In this document: positions 8,260-17,591 of the stretch, one piece after another
Layout: each line of letters begins with the position of its first letter
How positions within the stretch are numbered: the stretch's first letter is position 1
Virus record (IMG/VR): IMGVR_UViG_3300045988_022876
Length of the DNA: 45,593 bases
Origin: a virus
Direction: 5' to 3' (one strand)
The notes under the pieces: model-generated
Seen by the model: the letters and a program-made list of their open reading frames with translations, nothing else
The model's database searches: none
Told to the model about the DNA's origin: nothing
Translations under genes and position numbers: made by a program

Positions 8260-8309
8260 CACCTTTCACGGTAAAATATATAAAAAGACCGTGGGAGGTG
8301 TATTTTTTT
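8260..8309 (+). terminator. Strong hairpin plus T-tract whose 3' arm is the SD of the next gene (attenuator-like)
   Basis: 13-bp stem 8260-8272 / 8288-8300 (two G-U pairs), 15-nt AU loop, then tatttttttg. GGGAGGTG at 8293-8300 lies in the stem. Confidence 0.55.
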
Positions 8310-8934
8310 GTACCGTGAAATGAAGAATTACGAGAACCAACAGAAGTATATTTTTGATGGCGTTGGTCAGTATGGCATACCAAAGATAGAACCTACATCA
8401 TACAAAGAGTGCGAATTTATAGGTTTTAACTATGCGAATACTTGCAAGAAGCCGGATGGCAAAGGGATACACTTCTTCCTGGATGATTACCAATTTCTAA
8501 GACTGTGGACACATCCAGATAAATACATTCCAATGTTGAGTAAATTTTCTTGCGTCATGTCGCCGGATTTCAGCACTTACACGGATTTTCCGAAAGCTTT
8601 GCAGATTTACAACCACTTCCGCAAACATTGGTTAGGTGCTTATATGCAGCTATACGGTATAGATGTGATACCTACAATCAGTTGGAGTGACAGAGAATCG
8701 TTTGATTGGTGTTTTGACGGTGAGCCGGTAGGAAGTGTAGTAGCGGTATCCAGTGTTGGAGTAATGAACAGCAAGGAGCGGAAAGCACTGTTCATGGACG
8801 GATATAATGAGATGTTGAAAATATTGGAACCTAAGACAGTGCTGTTTTACGGACAGGTTCCTGAAGAATGTGCAGGGAACATTGTAAAGATTAAGTCGTT
8901 CGGAGAAGAACTGACAGAAAGGAAAAAGCGGTGA
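8308..8934 (+). CDS. DUF4417-like phage protein
   Basis: TTG 8308 sits 7 nt after GGGAGGTG (ATG 8320 is an alternative). IHFFLDDYQF ... SPDFS motifs recalled from DUF4417. Confidence 0.6.
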   Translation: MYREMKNYENQQKYIFDGVGQYGIPKIEPTSYKECEFIGFNYANTCKKPDGKGIHFFLDDYQFLRLWTHPDKYIPMLSKFSCVMSPDFSTYTDFPKALQIYNHFRKHWLGAYMQLYGIDVIPTISWSDRESFDWCFDGEPVGSVVAVSSVGVMNSKERKALFMDGYNEMLKILEPKTVLFYGQVPEECAGNIVKIKSFGEELTERKKR

Positions 8935-8938
8935 TTGA

Positions 8939-9430
8939 ATGGGCGGTAGAGGTGGAACAAGTTCGATACAAATAGGCGGTTCTGATGTATCCAAGATGGC
9001 TGCTAAATTTATGTATAATGCCGCGAAGAAAAGTGATGCGCTACGAGGTGACGGAACAGTAAAAAAAGATGCCAAATTAGAAAGAGCCGCACAGAACAAC
9101 AATCTTGATTTTATAAAGTCCATAAAAGACAAAAAAGAAGCTTTTCGAGTTAGGAATTATTACATAGATAGAGCGGGTGAGTTACAGAGAAAAATAGCAA
9201 AGCTCGGAAGCGCAGAAGCTTTATATAATAATCAGAGACTTGCAAAAGAATACAGGAACATAAGAGATGCGCATGTTGCTATCCGAGACAAGATACATGA
9301 TTTTTCCGAAAGACCGGAAAAGGGTGATACAAGCGCATTGCATGATCTGAACAGAGTAACAGAAACATATAAAAGATCGTATAATCGAAGGTTGAAAAAC
9401 TATCTCGCATGGCGAGGTGTGAAGTTGTAA
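8939..9430 (+). CDS. Hypothetical protein, MGGRGG N-terminus (paralogue 1)
   Basis: 163-aa ORF, basic and helical. Confidence 0.7.
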   Translation: MGGRGGTSSIQIGGSDVSKMAAKFMYNAAKKSDALRGDGTVKKDAKLERAAQNNNLDFIKSIKDKKEAFRVRNYYIDRAGELQRKIAKLGSAEALYNNQRLAKEYRNIRDAHVAIRDKIHDFSERPEKGDTSALHDLNRVTETYKRSYNRRLKNYLAWRGVKL

Positions 9431-9445
9431 GAAGAGGGTGACTAA

Positions 9446-9823
9446 ATGGGTGGCAGAGGTGGATCAAGTAAACTGGGGAGGGGGCAAAGTAATGCCAGAA
9501 CACTAGAAAAAACGATAAGCAAGTACAGAGATGATGTGGAAAAGCTAAAAGGAAGAATGGCAGCGATTACAAAAAAATACAGACCGTGGGAACTCCCAAA
9601 AGAATATTACGATGTCCAAAGAGAAATGAACACCAAAAGAAACGCGTTGAATAAAGCGCTTGACGAAATGGCAAGCAGAGTAAAACGCCAGACAAGCAAA
9701 GAGCGAAAGACATTCGTCAATGGATTTGGAGAAGCTACACGGAGAGAAATCACATCGCAATCTTATAAAAGAGCGCAGAACCGATTACAAAAAGAAATAG
9801 ATAGGAGATTTGAGAAGAGGTGA
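9446..9823 (+). CDS. Hypothetical protein, MGGRGG N-terminus (paralogue 2)
   Basis: 125-aa ORF. Shares MGGRGG[TS]S with the upstream gene. Confidence 0.7.
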   Translation: MGGRGGSSKLGRGQSNARTLEKTISKYRDDVEKLKGRMAAITKKYRPWELPKEYYDVQREMNTKRNALNKALDEMASRVKRQTSKERKTFVNGFGEATRREITSQSYKRAQNRLQKEIDRRFEKR

Positions 9824-9834
9824 TTTTGTAATGT

Positions 9835-10101
9835 ATGGCTAAATTAAACGGCATAGCAAGAAAGCTACAGAAAGCAATATTACAAAAAGGTCTGGTTATC
9901 CGCATGGGAACAAGCCAGTTCTATTCCGTAGAACAGAAAAGACTCATTACCGTGTACATACTATCCACAAGGATAATGGAGCGGAAGAAGAATGGGAAAT
10001 GGAAAGATACGGATCTGGAAATCTTACGGACTGCATCGTTATTAGAGATTGTAAATTGTTTGAACGATATATGGAAAGAAATGAAAGGAAGAAAAATATG
10101 A
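9835..10101 (+). CDS. Hypothetical protein
   Basis: 88-aa ORF with a weak SD. Confidence 0.5.
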   Translation: MAKLNGIARKLQKAILQKGLVIRMGTSQFYSVEQKRLITVYILSTRIMERKKNGKWKDTDLEILRTASLLEIVNCLNDIWKEMKGRKI

Positions 10102-10406
10102 AGAAATTATTTATTAGTCAGCCGATGAGAGACAAAACAGACGAGGAAATTCTTGCGGTTAGAGAAAAAGCAATCAAAAGTGCAGAAAAACATCTCGGAG
10201 AACCAGTAGAAGTTATTGATTCATTCTTTCGATCTGCACCAGTAGGAGCAAAACCTCTATGGTTTATTGGAAAATCTATTGAACTGTTAGCTGATGCAGA
10301 TGTGGCGTATTTCGCAAAAGATTGGGAGAAATACAGAGGGTGTAAGATTGAGAATGTTTGCGCTGTTGAATATGGGATTCCAGTAATTGAAGATTATACG
10401 GCGTAA
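10098..10406 (+). CDS. Conserved phage protein (possibly DUF4406 / nucleoside 2-deoxyribosyltransferase-like)
   Basis: ATGA overlap with the upstream stop. MKKLFISQPMRDKTDEEI N-terminus. The family call is from memory only. Confidence 0.4.
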   Translation: MKKLFISQPMRDKTDEEILAVREKAIKSAEKHLGEPVEVIDSFFRSAPVGAKPLWFIGKSIELLADADVAYFAKDWEKYRGCKIENVCAVEYGIPVIEDYTA

Positions 10407-10476
10407 GAGAGGAGAAAAGCCATGAAAGCAGAAAAGAGAAAATTATTTACGAGGAATAAAATAGGACGGTGGATAA

Positions 10477-10938
10477 GTGGAAAATGATAAGCTTACACCG
10501 AAGCAGAAAACGTTCTGTGATAAGTATTTGGTATGCGGAAATGCAACACAAGCGGCAAAAGAAGCTGGATACAGTGAAAGAACGGCATATAGGACAGGAG
10601 CTGATAACCTCAAGAAACCTCAAATTTTGGAGTATATACAAAAACGGCAGAAACAAATCGAGGATGCAAGAATCGCAGACGTTGCAGAAGTTATGCGTTT
10701 CCTAACATCTGTAATGCGCGGAGAGGTAAAAGACCAGTTCGATCTGGATGCACCACTATCTGAACGTACCAATGCAGCGAAAGAGATCTTGAAGCGCAAC
10801 ATGGACAACCGCCGGATGGATATTGAGCTTACAAAGCTAGAAGCAACATACAAGGATAATGCAGTGGAAGAGGTGCATGATAACTTCATGGATGCCCTGA
10901 ACGCTACAGCTTGCGAGGTGTGGACGGATGACGAATAG
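10477..10938 (+). CDS. terS: Terminase small subunit
   Basis: LTPKQKTFCDKYLVCGNATQAAKEAGYSERTAY HTH typical of Terminase_2. GTG start. Overlaps terL. Confidence 0.85.
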   Translation: MENDKLTPKQKTFCDKYLVCGNATQAAKEAGYSERTAYRTGADNLKKPQILEYIQKRQKQIEDARIADVAEVMRFLTSVMRGEVKDQFDLDAPLSERTNAAKEILKRNMDNRRMDIELTKLEATYKDNAVEEVHDNFMDALNATACEVWTDDE

Positions 10939-12253
10939 CATAGATCAGCGCATAGAGAATGTGCGCAAGGGCATTATGAAACGCGCATCTGCCATGAAAG
11001 AAAAGGTTAAGAAGCAAGGGTTCATTTTCAAGCCGTTCTCTGTTAAGCAAAAGCAAGTACTGACCTGGTGGTGTCCGAACAGTCCAGTCAAGGACAAGGA
11101 CGGCATTATAGCAGATGGGGCGATCAGAAGCGGAAAGACATTGTGCATGTCATTGTCTTACGTCCTGTGGGCAATGGAATCATTCAATCAACAGAATTTC
11201 GGCATGGCTGGAAAGACGATCGGCTCATTCCGGCGAAATGTATTATTCTGGCTGAAAATGATGCTTGTGAGCCGTGGATATTCGGTAGTAGACCACAGAT
11301 CGGACAATTTGATCGTGGTAAGCAAGGGAACGACAACCAATTACTTTTATATATTTGGTGGCAAGGATGAACGATCACAGGACTTGATACAGGGAATCAC
11401 ACTTGCTGGCATGTTCTTCGATGAAGTTGCGTTGATGCCTGAATCGTTCGTGAATCAGGCAACAGGACGATGCTCCGTGACGGGTTCTAAATTTTTCTTC
11501 AATTGCAACCCGGATAACCCACGACACTGGTTCAAGGTTAATTGGGTGGACAAATGCAAAGAAAAGAACATCATCTATCTGCATTTCACTATGGACGACA
11601 ATTTGTCACTTTCCGAGAAGATTAAAGAAAGATACCGCAGTATGTATGTAGGTGTGTTCTTCAAACGCTATATCTTAGGACTGTGGTGCGTTGCCGAGGG
11701 ACTTGTCTATTCTATGTTCTCTGAAGAACGGCACGTGAAAAAGGAACACATGACAGGCGCGCTGACTTATGTTGTATCTGTCGACTACGGAACAGTAAAT
11801 CCGTTTTCAGCTGGTCTGTGGGCGTTTGATGGATGGCACTCGCAGAGAGAAGCGGAAGTCTATTACAACAGCAGAGAAGTTGGAAAGCGTGTGGATGATG
11901 AAGAATATTACAAGATGCTGAAAAAGCTAATCGGGAACAGGCGTGTCGAATGTATTATTGTCGATCCGTCTGCCGCTTCATTTATTGAGGTAATCAAGAA
12001 ATACAATGAATACAGTGTAATGGGCGCGAACAATGATGTCCTAGACGGTATCAGGGTGGTAACTACGATGCTGAACAAGGACATGATAAGCGTACACGAG
12101 GACTGCGAGGACAACATAAAAGAGTATGGTCTGTACGTGTGGGATGAAGAAAAGGGCGATGATGTCGTTATCAAAGAAAATGACCACAGTATGGATGACA
12201 CAAGATATTACTGCTACACATTTTTAAGACGTAGATTAAGGTGGAGATATTAA
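10928..12253 (+). CDS. terL: Terminase large subunit
   Basis: Walker A GAIRSGKT, Walker B MFFDEV, C-terminal nuclease motif DHSMDDTRY. Confidence 0.92.
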   Translation: MTNSIDQRIENVRKGIMKRASAMKEKVKKQGFIFKPFSVKQKQVLTWWCPNSPVKDKDGIIADGAIRSGKTLCMSLSYVLWAMESFNQQNFGMAGKTIGSFRRNVLFWLKMMLVSRGYSVVDHRSDNLIVVSKGTTTNYFYIFGGKDERSQDLIQGITLAGMFFDEVALMPESFVNQATGRCSVTGSKFFFNCNPDNPRHWFKVNWVDKCKEKNIIYLHFTMDDNLSLSEKIKERYRSMYVGVFFKRYILGLWCVAEGLVYSMFSEERHVKKEHMTGALTYVVSVDYGTVNPFSAGLWAFDGWHSQREAEVYYNSREVGKRVDDEEYYKMLKKLIGNRRVECIIVDPSAASFIEVIKKYNEYSVMGANNDVLDGIRVVTTMLNKDMISVHEDCEDNIKEYGLYVWDEEKGDDVVIKENDHSMDDTRYYCYTFLRRRLRWRY

Positions 12254-12255
12254 GC

Positions 12256-13674
12256 ATGGGATTTATAGCATGGGCGAGGACGGTGATTGACAGATTGCTT
12301 AGAAAAGATGCGAAGGACATTTTTAAAACGGACGTGTCGCTATCATCCGCAATGGAAACAGCAATAGCGACGTTTTACAACATTACAAGCGGAAACCCTC
12401 CGTGGAAAGACAAGGAAGATGAAGTGGACACGATCAACTTTGCCGGATACATTGATGATGTGACCGCCGGACTTGTGACGCTTGATTTGGACATCCAGAT
12501 TGACGGACAGGGCAGAGCGGAATTACTAAAAAAACAAGCTGACTACGTACTGAAAGTAATCAGTGACAAGGTATCCGAGGGATTAGGCAATGCCGGTATC
12601 ATGTTCAAACCAAACGGTGAGAATATTGATTATGTAGAAGCTGGCAACTTCGCACCGACAGCAGCAGATAGCAACGGTGATATAAAAGGCTGTGTGTTCC
12701 GTACAATCTTAGACCGAAACGGATATAGATACACGCGCTATGAGTGGCAGAGGTACGAGGGTGAATTGTACCGGATCACGAACGTAGCATACAAAAAAAG
12801 AATCGGAAGCACTGGCGTAGCAACTGGAATCGGCAGACCGTGTGAACTTGCAGAAGTAGAGGAATGGGCAGCGATTGATCCGGATGTATATATTGCCAAT
12901 GTAGAAAAACCGCTGTTTGCATTATTCAAGAACCCGGCACCGAACAGAATTGACCGTGATAGTGCATTGGGCGTTCCGATCTGGGGCAACTGTATCAAGG
13001 AGCTGAAAGATTTGGATATTGCCTGGAGCAGAAAAGGGACAGAGACAGAGGATAGCAAGCACGTTACTTATCTTCCTTACAGTGCTATACGGTATGCAAA
13101 AGACAACAAGGTTAAGCTCCCACGAACACTAAAAGGCGTTGAGATGGGCGTAGGTGTTAACGATGAAAACATGATTCATGAACACGTTGCCACCTTATTA
13201 ACTGAACAGAGAATCAAAGATATCAATTCGATTCTTGCCATGATTTCAACAAAATGTGGATTCTCTCAGGGATTTTTCCAGTTGGATGAAAAAACCGGCA
13301 TGATTACCGCCACACAGGTAGAAGCGGACGACCAGGAGACGATACGAACAATTAAGAACATCCGTGATGTTCTCGAAGAATGTATCAAGCAGCTGTTATA
13401 CGGATGCAATGTAATGGCAGATCTGTACAGTGATACACCGGCGGAACTGTGGAAAAATCTGGAAGAATCAATGGTGTTTAACTTTGGAGACATCACATAT
13501 AACTACCAAGAGGATGCGGCTAACTGGTGGAAATACAGAATCCAAGGAGATGTCCCGGCATGGATGTATTATGTGAAATTCGAGGGCATGAGCGAGGATG
13601 AAGCAAGACAAATGATCGAAGAAGCGAAGAAAGAGAACGAGCCGGAAGAACCGGATCTGTTCAAAAACGAATAG
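12256..13674 (+). CDS. Portal protein (SPP1 gp6-like)
   Basis: 472 aa directly after terL. ATG sits 9 nt after AAGGTGGAG. Confidence 0.85.
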   Translation: MGFIAWARTVIDRLLRKDAKDIFKTDVSLSSAMETAIATFYNITSGNPPWKDKEDEVDTINFAGYIDDVTAGLVTLDLDIQIDGQGRAELLKKQADYVLKVISDKVSEGLGNAGIMFKPNGENIDYVEAGNFAPTAADSNGDIKGCVFRTILDRNGYRYTRYEWQRYEGELYRITNVAYKKRIGSTGVATGIGRPCELAEVEEWAAIDPDVYIANVEKPLFALFKNPAPNRIDRDSALGVPIWGNCIKELKDLDIAWSRKGTETEDSKHVTYLPYSAIRYAKDNKVKLPRTLKGVEMGVGVNDENMIHEHVATLLTEQRIKDINSILAMISTKCGFSQGFFQLDEKTGMITATQVEADDQETIRTIKNIRDVLEECIKQLLYGCNVMADLYSDTPAELWKNLEESMVFNFGDITYNYQEDAANWWKYRIQGDVPAWMYYVKFEGMSEDEARQMIEEAKKENEPEEPDLFKNE

Positions 13675-13763
13675 GTGTGATCTTATGGCAGTATCGACAA
13701 TGAACATTTTCGTTGTTTGCGCAACGATTATTATTATGTGCCTTATGAGCCGGAGGAAGTAAT

Positions 13764-14996
13764 ATGCTAACACCTGAGTATTTGCAAGATGCTACGGACG
13801 GAGCGGAGAAAATCGCGTCACAGATGCACCGGAACATTATGGACAAGATTATAGCCAGAATGATGTCACGCATTGGAAGAGGAGAAGATTATCTTCTTAC
13901 TGCTACGGATAAGTGGCAAATCATGGTTTTGCAAGATGCCGGAGAGTTGTTAAAGGACATTCAGAAAGAGATTACAGACAAGACGAAAAAGCAGCTGCCG
14001 GAAATCAAAGCAGCTTTTCAAGATGCCGGTATCGAAGCTCTAAAGTGGGATCATGCGATATATGAAGCGGTCGGTCTAAACCCTCCGCCACTTGCACAGT
14101 CACCGGCGCTGATCCGGATTCTTGAAAGAGATTATGCAGCAACCGAGAAAATGTGGCGTAACTTTACAAGGACAACGGCAGAGGAATCGCAGCGCATTTT
14201 CATAAACGAAATGGACAACGCATATAGAAATGTGGTATCCGGTGCAGTATCGTATACAGAAGCGGTAAAAGAGGTACTTGATAAAGTTACAGAGAATGGC
14301 GTTAAGGTAACATATCCGACCCAAAGAAAGTTGAGCATAGAAGCAGCCACAATGATGATCGTCCGCACAGGAATTGGACAGGCGGCGGCAGACATTTCTA
14401 TCAAGAGAATGGAAGAAATGGAATGGGATACAATCCTTGTGTCTGCTCATTTGGGAGCCAGAACCGGAGATGGTGGAATGAATCCGACCAACCATTTGTG
14501 GTGGCAAGGTCGTTTTTATTCCAGAACCGGGAAAGACAAAAGATACCCGGACTTCCGGGAAACGACAGGATACGGAACGGGCGAGGGATTGTGTGGATGG
14601 AATTGCCGACACTCTTTCGGGACTGGTGACGGAATAAACAATCCGTTCGATATAGACAGCATAAAGAAAGCCGACAACTACAAAGCGGAATCCTTGCAGA
14701 AGAGACAACGGACACTGGAACGCCGGATCAGGAATAGTAAAGGAGATCTGCAAAATATACAGACAGCTATAGACAGTTGCCGAGATGAAAAACTCAAATT
14801 CGAGTTGCACCAGATGTATGACCGCAAGTCAGCGGTACTCAGACGGCAGAATAAGCAGTATCGTGATTACTGCAAAGAAAATGACCTCAAAGAATATTCG
14901 GAACGTCTACGGGTAGCACAGTGGGATAGGTCACAGGCTGTGAAATCAGCAAAAGCAGCACAGAGATATCTTAATGCGAAAGGTGATGAAAAATGA
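13764..14996 (+). CDS. Head morphogenesis / minor head protein (SPP1 gp7 / Mu F-like)
   Basis: Lies after the portal gene. CGWNCRHSF motif and coiled-coil C-terminus. Confidence 0.8.
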   Translation: MLTPEYLQDATDGAEKIASQMHRNIMDKIIARMMSRIGRGEDYLLTATDKWQIMVLQDAGELLKDIQKEITDKTKKQLPEIKAAFQDAGIEALKWDHAIYEAVGLNPPPLAQSPALIRILERDYAATEKMWRNFTRTTAEESQRIFINEMDNAYRNVVSGAVSYTEAVKEVLDKVTENGVKVTYPTQRKLSIEAATMMIVRTGIGQAAADISIKRMEEMEWDTILVSAHLGARTGDGGMNPTNHLWWQGRFYSRTGKDKRYPDFRETTGYGTGEGLCGWNCRHSFGTGDGINNPFDIDSIKKADNYKAESLQKRQRTLERRIRNSKGDLQNIQTAIDSCRDEKLKFELHQMYDRKSAVLRRQNKQYRDYCKENDLKEYSERLRVAQWDRSQAVKSAKAAQRYLNAKGDEK

Positions 14997-15265
14997 GTGG
15001 ATTGACAAGAATGGCAAAAATGTGCAGAGATTGTCCGTTTAAGGACAAGTGCAAGAATAAGCGATTGGAGAAAGAAGCGTATCTTGCACCTTTTACCTCA
15101 CCTATTATTGAAGATATGGCATCACCTGTATTAAAGGATCATGATTACAGAAATGTAAAGGTTGCAGAAAACACTACAATCACTATTGATGTAGAGGAAC
15201 TGAAAGAGAGAATACGAAAAGAGATATACAGGCAAGCCGGAATCGGATTGAATTATGGAGCGTAA
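14993..15265 (+). CDS. Hypothetical protein with CxxC
   Basis: ATGA overlap. MCRDCPFKDKC. Confidence 0.6.
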   Translation: MSGLTRMAKMCRDCPFKDKCKNKRLEKEAYLAPFTSPIIEDMASPVLKDHDYRNVKVAENTTITIDVEELKERIRKEIYRQAGIGLNYGA

Positions 15266-15268
15266 CAC

Positions 15269-15619
15269 ATGGAACTAATAACACAGATACTTGCTATATG
15301 CGGTGCTATATCGGTTGTCGGTGGTGCTGTTGCTGTGCTTTCCGGGTGGTATAAATCATGGAAAGCACCAAAAGAAAAGCAAGACAGCCGTATAGATCAG
15401 ATTGAAAAGCGAATAACGAACATTGAAACATCTATCACAGGGATTAATCAGAAACTTGATAACGATTACAATAACATAAGGAATACGAGGAATGATATGA
15501 ATCTATTGATGAGAAGTATGTTCAATCTGATCGAAAGTAAGATAACCGGGAACAACATTGAGGGTTTAAAAAAAACACGGGAAGAATTGGTAAATGCAAT
15601 GACAGACAAGAAAGCGTGA
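15269..15619 (+). CDS. Membrane-anchored coiled-coil protein
   Basis: N-terminal TM segment ILAICGAISVVGGAVAVLSGW followed by a heptad-rich region. Confidence 0.65.
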   Translation: MELITQILAICGAISVVGGAVAVLSGWYKSWKAPKEKQDSRIDQIEKRITNIETSITGINQKLDNDYNNIRNTRNDMNLLMRSMFNLIESKITGNNIEGLKKTREELVNAMTDKKA

Positions 15620-15831
15620 TTTATGGTATCATGAAAATATGTTCTTTTACACGTATAGAACTCGAATACCTAAGAAAAGAATGTAATTTTACGCCAACAG
15701 AAATGGAACTCTTTGATCTACGGAGCAAGGATGTACCTCTGGAATTGTGCGCGGAGAAGATGAACGTGAGCTTATCCACGGCAAAGAGAATAAGCAGACG
15801 AATAAATGCAAAGATAATAAAAGTGTGCTGA
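15616..15831 (+). CDS. Small HTH protein resembling sigma-70 region 4
   Basis: TEMELFDLRSKDVPLELCAEKMNVSLSTAKRISRRINAKI. GTG start is uncertain. Confidence 0.5.
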   Translation: MIYGIMKICSFTRIELEYLRKECNFTPTEMELFDLRSKDVPLELCAEKMNVSLSTAKRISRRINAKIIKVC

Positions 15832-15862
15832 TACTTTTGTGATTCTTTCTAAGGACTTTAAC

Positions 15863-15884
15863 GAACTGTTAGAGTTCTTTTTTT
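15863..15884 (+). terminator. Weak terminator
   Basis: gaact/agttc stem, gttag loop, T7 run. Confidence 0.4.
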
Positions 15885-15925
15885 ATGTGTAAAATTAAGG
15901 TATAGAAAACAAGGAGGTGTTTTTG

Positions 15926-16360
15926 ATGAACGGATACGGTCCATATTATATGCCGCAAATGCAAAGTCCATACATGCAAGACCAACAGGCATTACAACAG
16001 AGAATAGACCAGTTGTCTCAGATGCAGAACCAGTACAAGCAGCCGATGCAGACACAGCAACCAAACGTAAATTGGATACAGGTGAACGGTGTGGACGGTG
16101 CTAGAAACCAGATTGTACAGCCGGGTGGAACATCATGGATGATGGATAACAATGCTCCTAGATTCTATGTTAAGTCTGTTGACAATATGGGTGGAGTGAA
16201 CTTTAAGGCGTTTGAATTTAAGGAAATTCAGCCGAATGAAGCACCACAGCCGGTAACTACCGACATGGATAACCGGTATGTGACAAGAGAAGAGTTCGAG
16301 CGTTTTCTGTCAAACATAAAAGCACAGACGGAAGAGAAAGGGGAAATGAAGCATGAGTAA
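15926..16360 (+). CDS. Gln/Met/Pro-rich protein with a globular C-terminal half
   Basis: ATG sits 8 nt after AAGGAGG. YYMPQMQSPYMQDQQALQQ... Confidence 0.7.
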   Translation: MNGYGPYYMPQMQSPYMQDQQALQQRIDQLSQMQNQYKQPMQTQQPNVNWIQVNGVDGARNQIVQPGGTSWMMDNNAPRFYVKSVDNMGGVNFKAFEFKEIQPNEAPQPVTTDMDNRYVTREEFERFLSNIKAQTEEKGEMKHE

Positions 16361-16607
16361 TCCGTTACTGGGAATGATGGGCGGTATGCCGGGTGGCAAT
16401 GGTCCATTTGGAATGATTCAAAGAATGATGGGGATGATGCAAAATACACAGAATCCCGGAGCAATGCTACAGAACATGGCGCAGAATAACCCGAACATTA
16501 AAAAGGCTATTGATATGTGCCAAGGAAGAAACCCGAAAGATGTATTTATGGAGATGTGCCAGAAGAACGGAATGAACCCGAATGATATTGTAAACAAATT
16601 AAAATGA
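16353..16607 (+). CDS. Met/Gly/Asn/Gln-rich small protein
   Basis: 84 aa, overlaps the upstream stop. GMMGGMPGGNGPFGMIQRMMGMMQN. Confidence 0.65.
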   Translation: MSNPLLGMMGGMPGGNGPFGMIQRMMGMMQNTQNPGAMLQNMAQNNPNIKKAIDMCQGRNPKDVFMEMCQKNGMNPNDIVNKLK

Positions 16608-16659
16608 TATCCAGGCGGAGTGCACACGCCTTGATAAATAAATGTAAAGGAGAACCAAC

Positions 16660-17328
16660 ATGAACGATGGTATGAGTACATTAAGTGCTGCCGATGTAGC
16701 AGCGGTAACAAGGAATAACGACAACGGAATGTGGGGCGATGGTGGGTGGTTCTGGATCATCATTCTTGCTTTCCTTTTCTGTGGTAACGGATGGGGAAAC
16801 AACAACGGAGCACAGGACGCTTTTATTTCTGATGAATTTGTGAAAAGGGATATCTTTAACACAAATCAGAACGTATCTAACACAGCTTGCGAGACACAGC
16901 GTGACGTATTAGAGAACCGCTATACAACACAGCTTGGCTTACAGAATTTACAGGCTCAGCAGGCGCAGTGTTGCTGCAACACACAGAAAGAAATCTTACA
17001 GAGCAGATATGATGCTGCATTACAGGCGCAGAACATGCAGGCGCAGATGGCACAATGCTGCTGTGATATTAAGGAGAGCATCTTGGCAGATGGACAGGCG
17101 ACACGCCAGATGTTACAGGATAATGCAATCCAGAATCTCAGAGATAAGCTCGCAGATCGTGACCGTGATCTCCAGACTGCTTACTGGCAGATTTCACAGG
17201 TTAATCAGACGAAAAATATCGTCGATGCAGTACGCCCGACACCTATTCCGGCATACCTCACAACCAGTCCGTATTTTTCCTACAATACAGTAAATGGTTG
17301 CGTTGGATGCGGCGGTAATGTCCTGTAA
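16660..17328 (+). CDS. Membrane protein with duplicated QAQxAQCCC motif
   Basis: AAAGGAG SD. TM segment GGWFWIIILAFLFCG flanked by G/W/N-rich sequence. Two CCC triplets. GCVGCGG C-terminus. Confidence 0.7.
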   Translation: MNDGMSTLSAADVAAVTRNNDNGMWGDGGWFWIIILAFLFCGNGWGNNNGAQDAFISDEFVKRDIFNTNQNVSNTACETQRDVLENRYTTQLGLQNLQAQQAQCCCNTQKEILQSRYDAALQAQNMQAQMAQCCCDIKESILADGQATRQMLQDNAIQNLRDKLADRDRDLQTAYWQISQVNQTKNIVDAVRPTPIPAYLTTSPYFSYNTVNGCVGCGGNVL

Positions 17329-17534
17329 TGAATCAATTATCATTACTAGATTTTTTGACGGTGTATGGTGTTGCATTGCAGACGGAGAACTTCCGAAGCG
17401 ATCTTACGCAAGCAAGCAACTCAGATATCGCCAAACATCTGCAAGAACAGGATCGCAAATATCTGGATAAGATTATCGAAAACCAAAACAAAATAATGAG
17501 CATGTTGGAACAATCCATGTCTACGAAAAAGTAG
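17328..17534 (+). CDS. Hypothetical protein
   Basis: 68-aa ORF. The ATG overlaps the upstream stop. Confidence 0.5.
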   Translation: MNQLSLLDFLTVYGVALQTENFRSDLTQASNSDIAKHLQEQDRKYLDKIIENQNKIMSMLEQSMSTKK

Positions 17535-17547
17535 TCTTGCAAATCAA

Positions 17548-17576
17548 AGGGGTAGGCAGTAGTCTATCCCTTTTTT
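17548..17576 (+). terminator. Rho-independent terminator
   Basis: aggggtag/ctatccct 8-bp stem (one G-U), 8-nt loop, T-run. Confidence 0.6.
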
Positions 17577-17591
17577 GAAAGGAGAATTTAT

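Noticed and set aside
13685-13762. 25-aa hydrophobic ORF (MAVSTMNIFVVCATIIIMCLMSRRK) between the portal and head-morphogenesis genes
   Set aside because: It has an AGGTG-like SD, but it is very short and lacks any supporting structure or conservation evidence. It is left unannotated.
14544-14560. acccggacttccggga inside the head-morphogenesis gene nearly matches the tRNA-like anticodon stem (acccggacatccggga at 19325-19340)
   Set aside because: It is a single short palindromic 16-mer in coding sequence with no flanking similarity. It is most likely coincidence.
14100-14810. 236-aa minus-strand ORF, and similar long antisense ORFs at 26921-27547, 42460-42996, 7264-7758, 2780-3286 and 44331-44792
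   Set aside because: These are shadow ORFs fully inside well-supported + strand genes. They have no SD and low-complexity or odd composition.
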